NCBI GenBank assembly: GCA_964255285.1
Contig: CAXUUL010000016.1
Location: 46,127 to 66,126, forward strand
DNA from: Ionaspis alba
Lineage: Eukaryota
Reading direction: 5' to 3'
Length of the DNA stretch: 20,000 bases
Shown here: one piece after another, positions 19,320-20,000 of the stretch
How positions within the stretch are numbered: position 1 is the stretch's first letter
Layout of the letters: every line of letters starts with the position of its first letter
The notes under the pieces: model-generated
What the model saw: only the letters and a program-made list of their open reading frames with translations
What the model was told of the DNA's origin: nothing
The model's database searches: none
Made by a program: the position numbers and the translations under genes

Positions 19320-20000
19320 TTAAAGACTTTCAGCAGCCAAGTTGAATTGTAAATTAAATTTTTAATGGCTTTCCCATAATAAATAATGTAAAAATTCAGG
19401 GGCTGACCCGATTTATTATATCATGGTTTGGCCCCGGGAGAACCTCGGGACCCGGAGAAACCTTATTTCGGTCAATATTCAATTGAAGAAACGTTGTTAC
19501 GGTTAATATCTAAAATTTTAATATTTTTTATTACAGTGAATTTAATAATAAATTTAATAATAAAAAATTTAAAATCTACAACAACGAATTATCTAAAAAT
19601 AATTAAATATTATATAAATAAACGTTTTTTATTTTATTTTATGTTTTTATAAACCTTTAGTAGTAAAAGATTCGCGAAACAGCTAAATCTATTACAAACT
19701 AATCTAATTTACAAACCCGCTAAATCTTTTATAAACTAATATTAAATTTTCGCGAAAATAATGTGGTGGATTGAGCAAGAATTCAGGTCTCGGTTTTTTG
19801 CATATTTTTGGATTTTAAGCGATAAATAGTTATCATTTAAAAACATATTCGTCAGATAGTAAATAAATAAATAATATTATTTTTATCGTTATATCTCGTT
19901 CGATTTATCGTAATTTTCTAATTTTATTTTGATTAAATAAATATTATCTTAAATATTTATTATTCTATATTTATAACGGTTGAGTTTTATAGCTATATAT
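19320..20000. mobile_element. AT-rich tract, probably a RIP-degraded transposon relic (family not identifiable)
   Basis: GC falls abruptly from about 50% to roughly 20% (by eye) right after the BTB stop. TpA is abundant and CpA/TpG scarce, while CpG/CpC survive (ttcgcgaa, ccccggg). No credible ORF. Confidence 0.6.
19682..19749 (+). repeat. Imperfect direct repeat of about 30 bp, two copies
   Basis: gctaaatctattacaaactaatctaattt (19682-19710) vs gctaaatcttttataaactaatattaaattt (19719-19749). Confidence 0.7.

Noticed and set aside
19428..19652. 74-aa I/N/K-rich ORF in the AT-rich tract
   Set aside because: A composition artefact of AT-rich DNA with no transposase or RT motifs.

Overview
Gene-dense fungal (Pezizomycotina-like) DNA with short spliceosomal introns. 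Left to right: the 5' tip of a conserved hypothetical gene (-), MDM12 (+), L-arabinitol 4-dehydrogenase (-), NOC2 (+), the C2H2 regulator SFP1 (-), DUS3 (+), a BAP31/Yet3-family ER protein (+), a 6-exon conserved hypothetical gene (-) and a BTB/POZ-domain gene (+). The window ends in an abruptly AT-rich, RIP-like tract from about 19320. The strongest lead is at SFP1: its frame stays open for 95 codons upstream of the first ATG, starting at a CTG in strong context within a 578-nt AUG-free leader, which suggests a CUG-initiated N-terminally extended isoform. Other leads are the head-to-head SFP1-DUS3 pair also found in S. cerevisiae, many intron donors lacking +5G (6 of 14), a probable GC-AG intron, and an ATG-TAA start-stop overlapping the MDM12 start codon. 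Gene identities come from recalled motifs and exon models were derived by hand; no searches were run.
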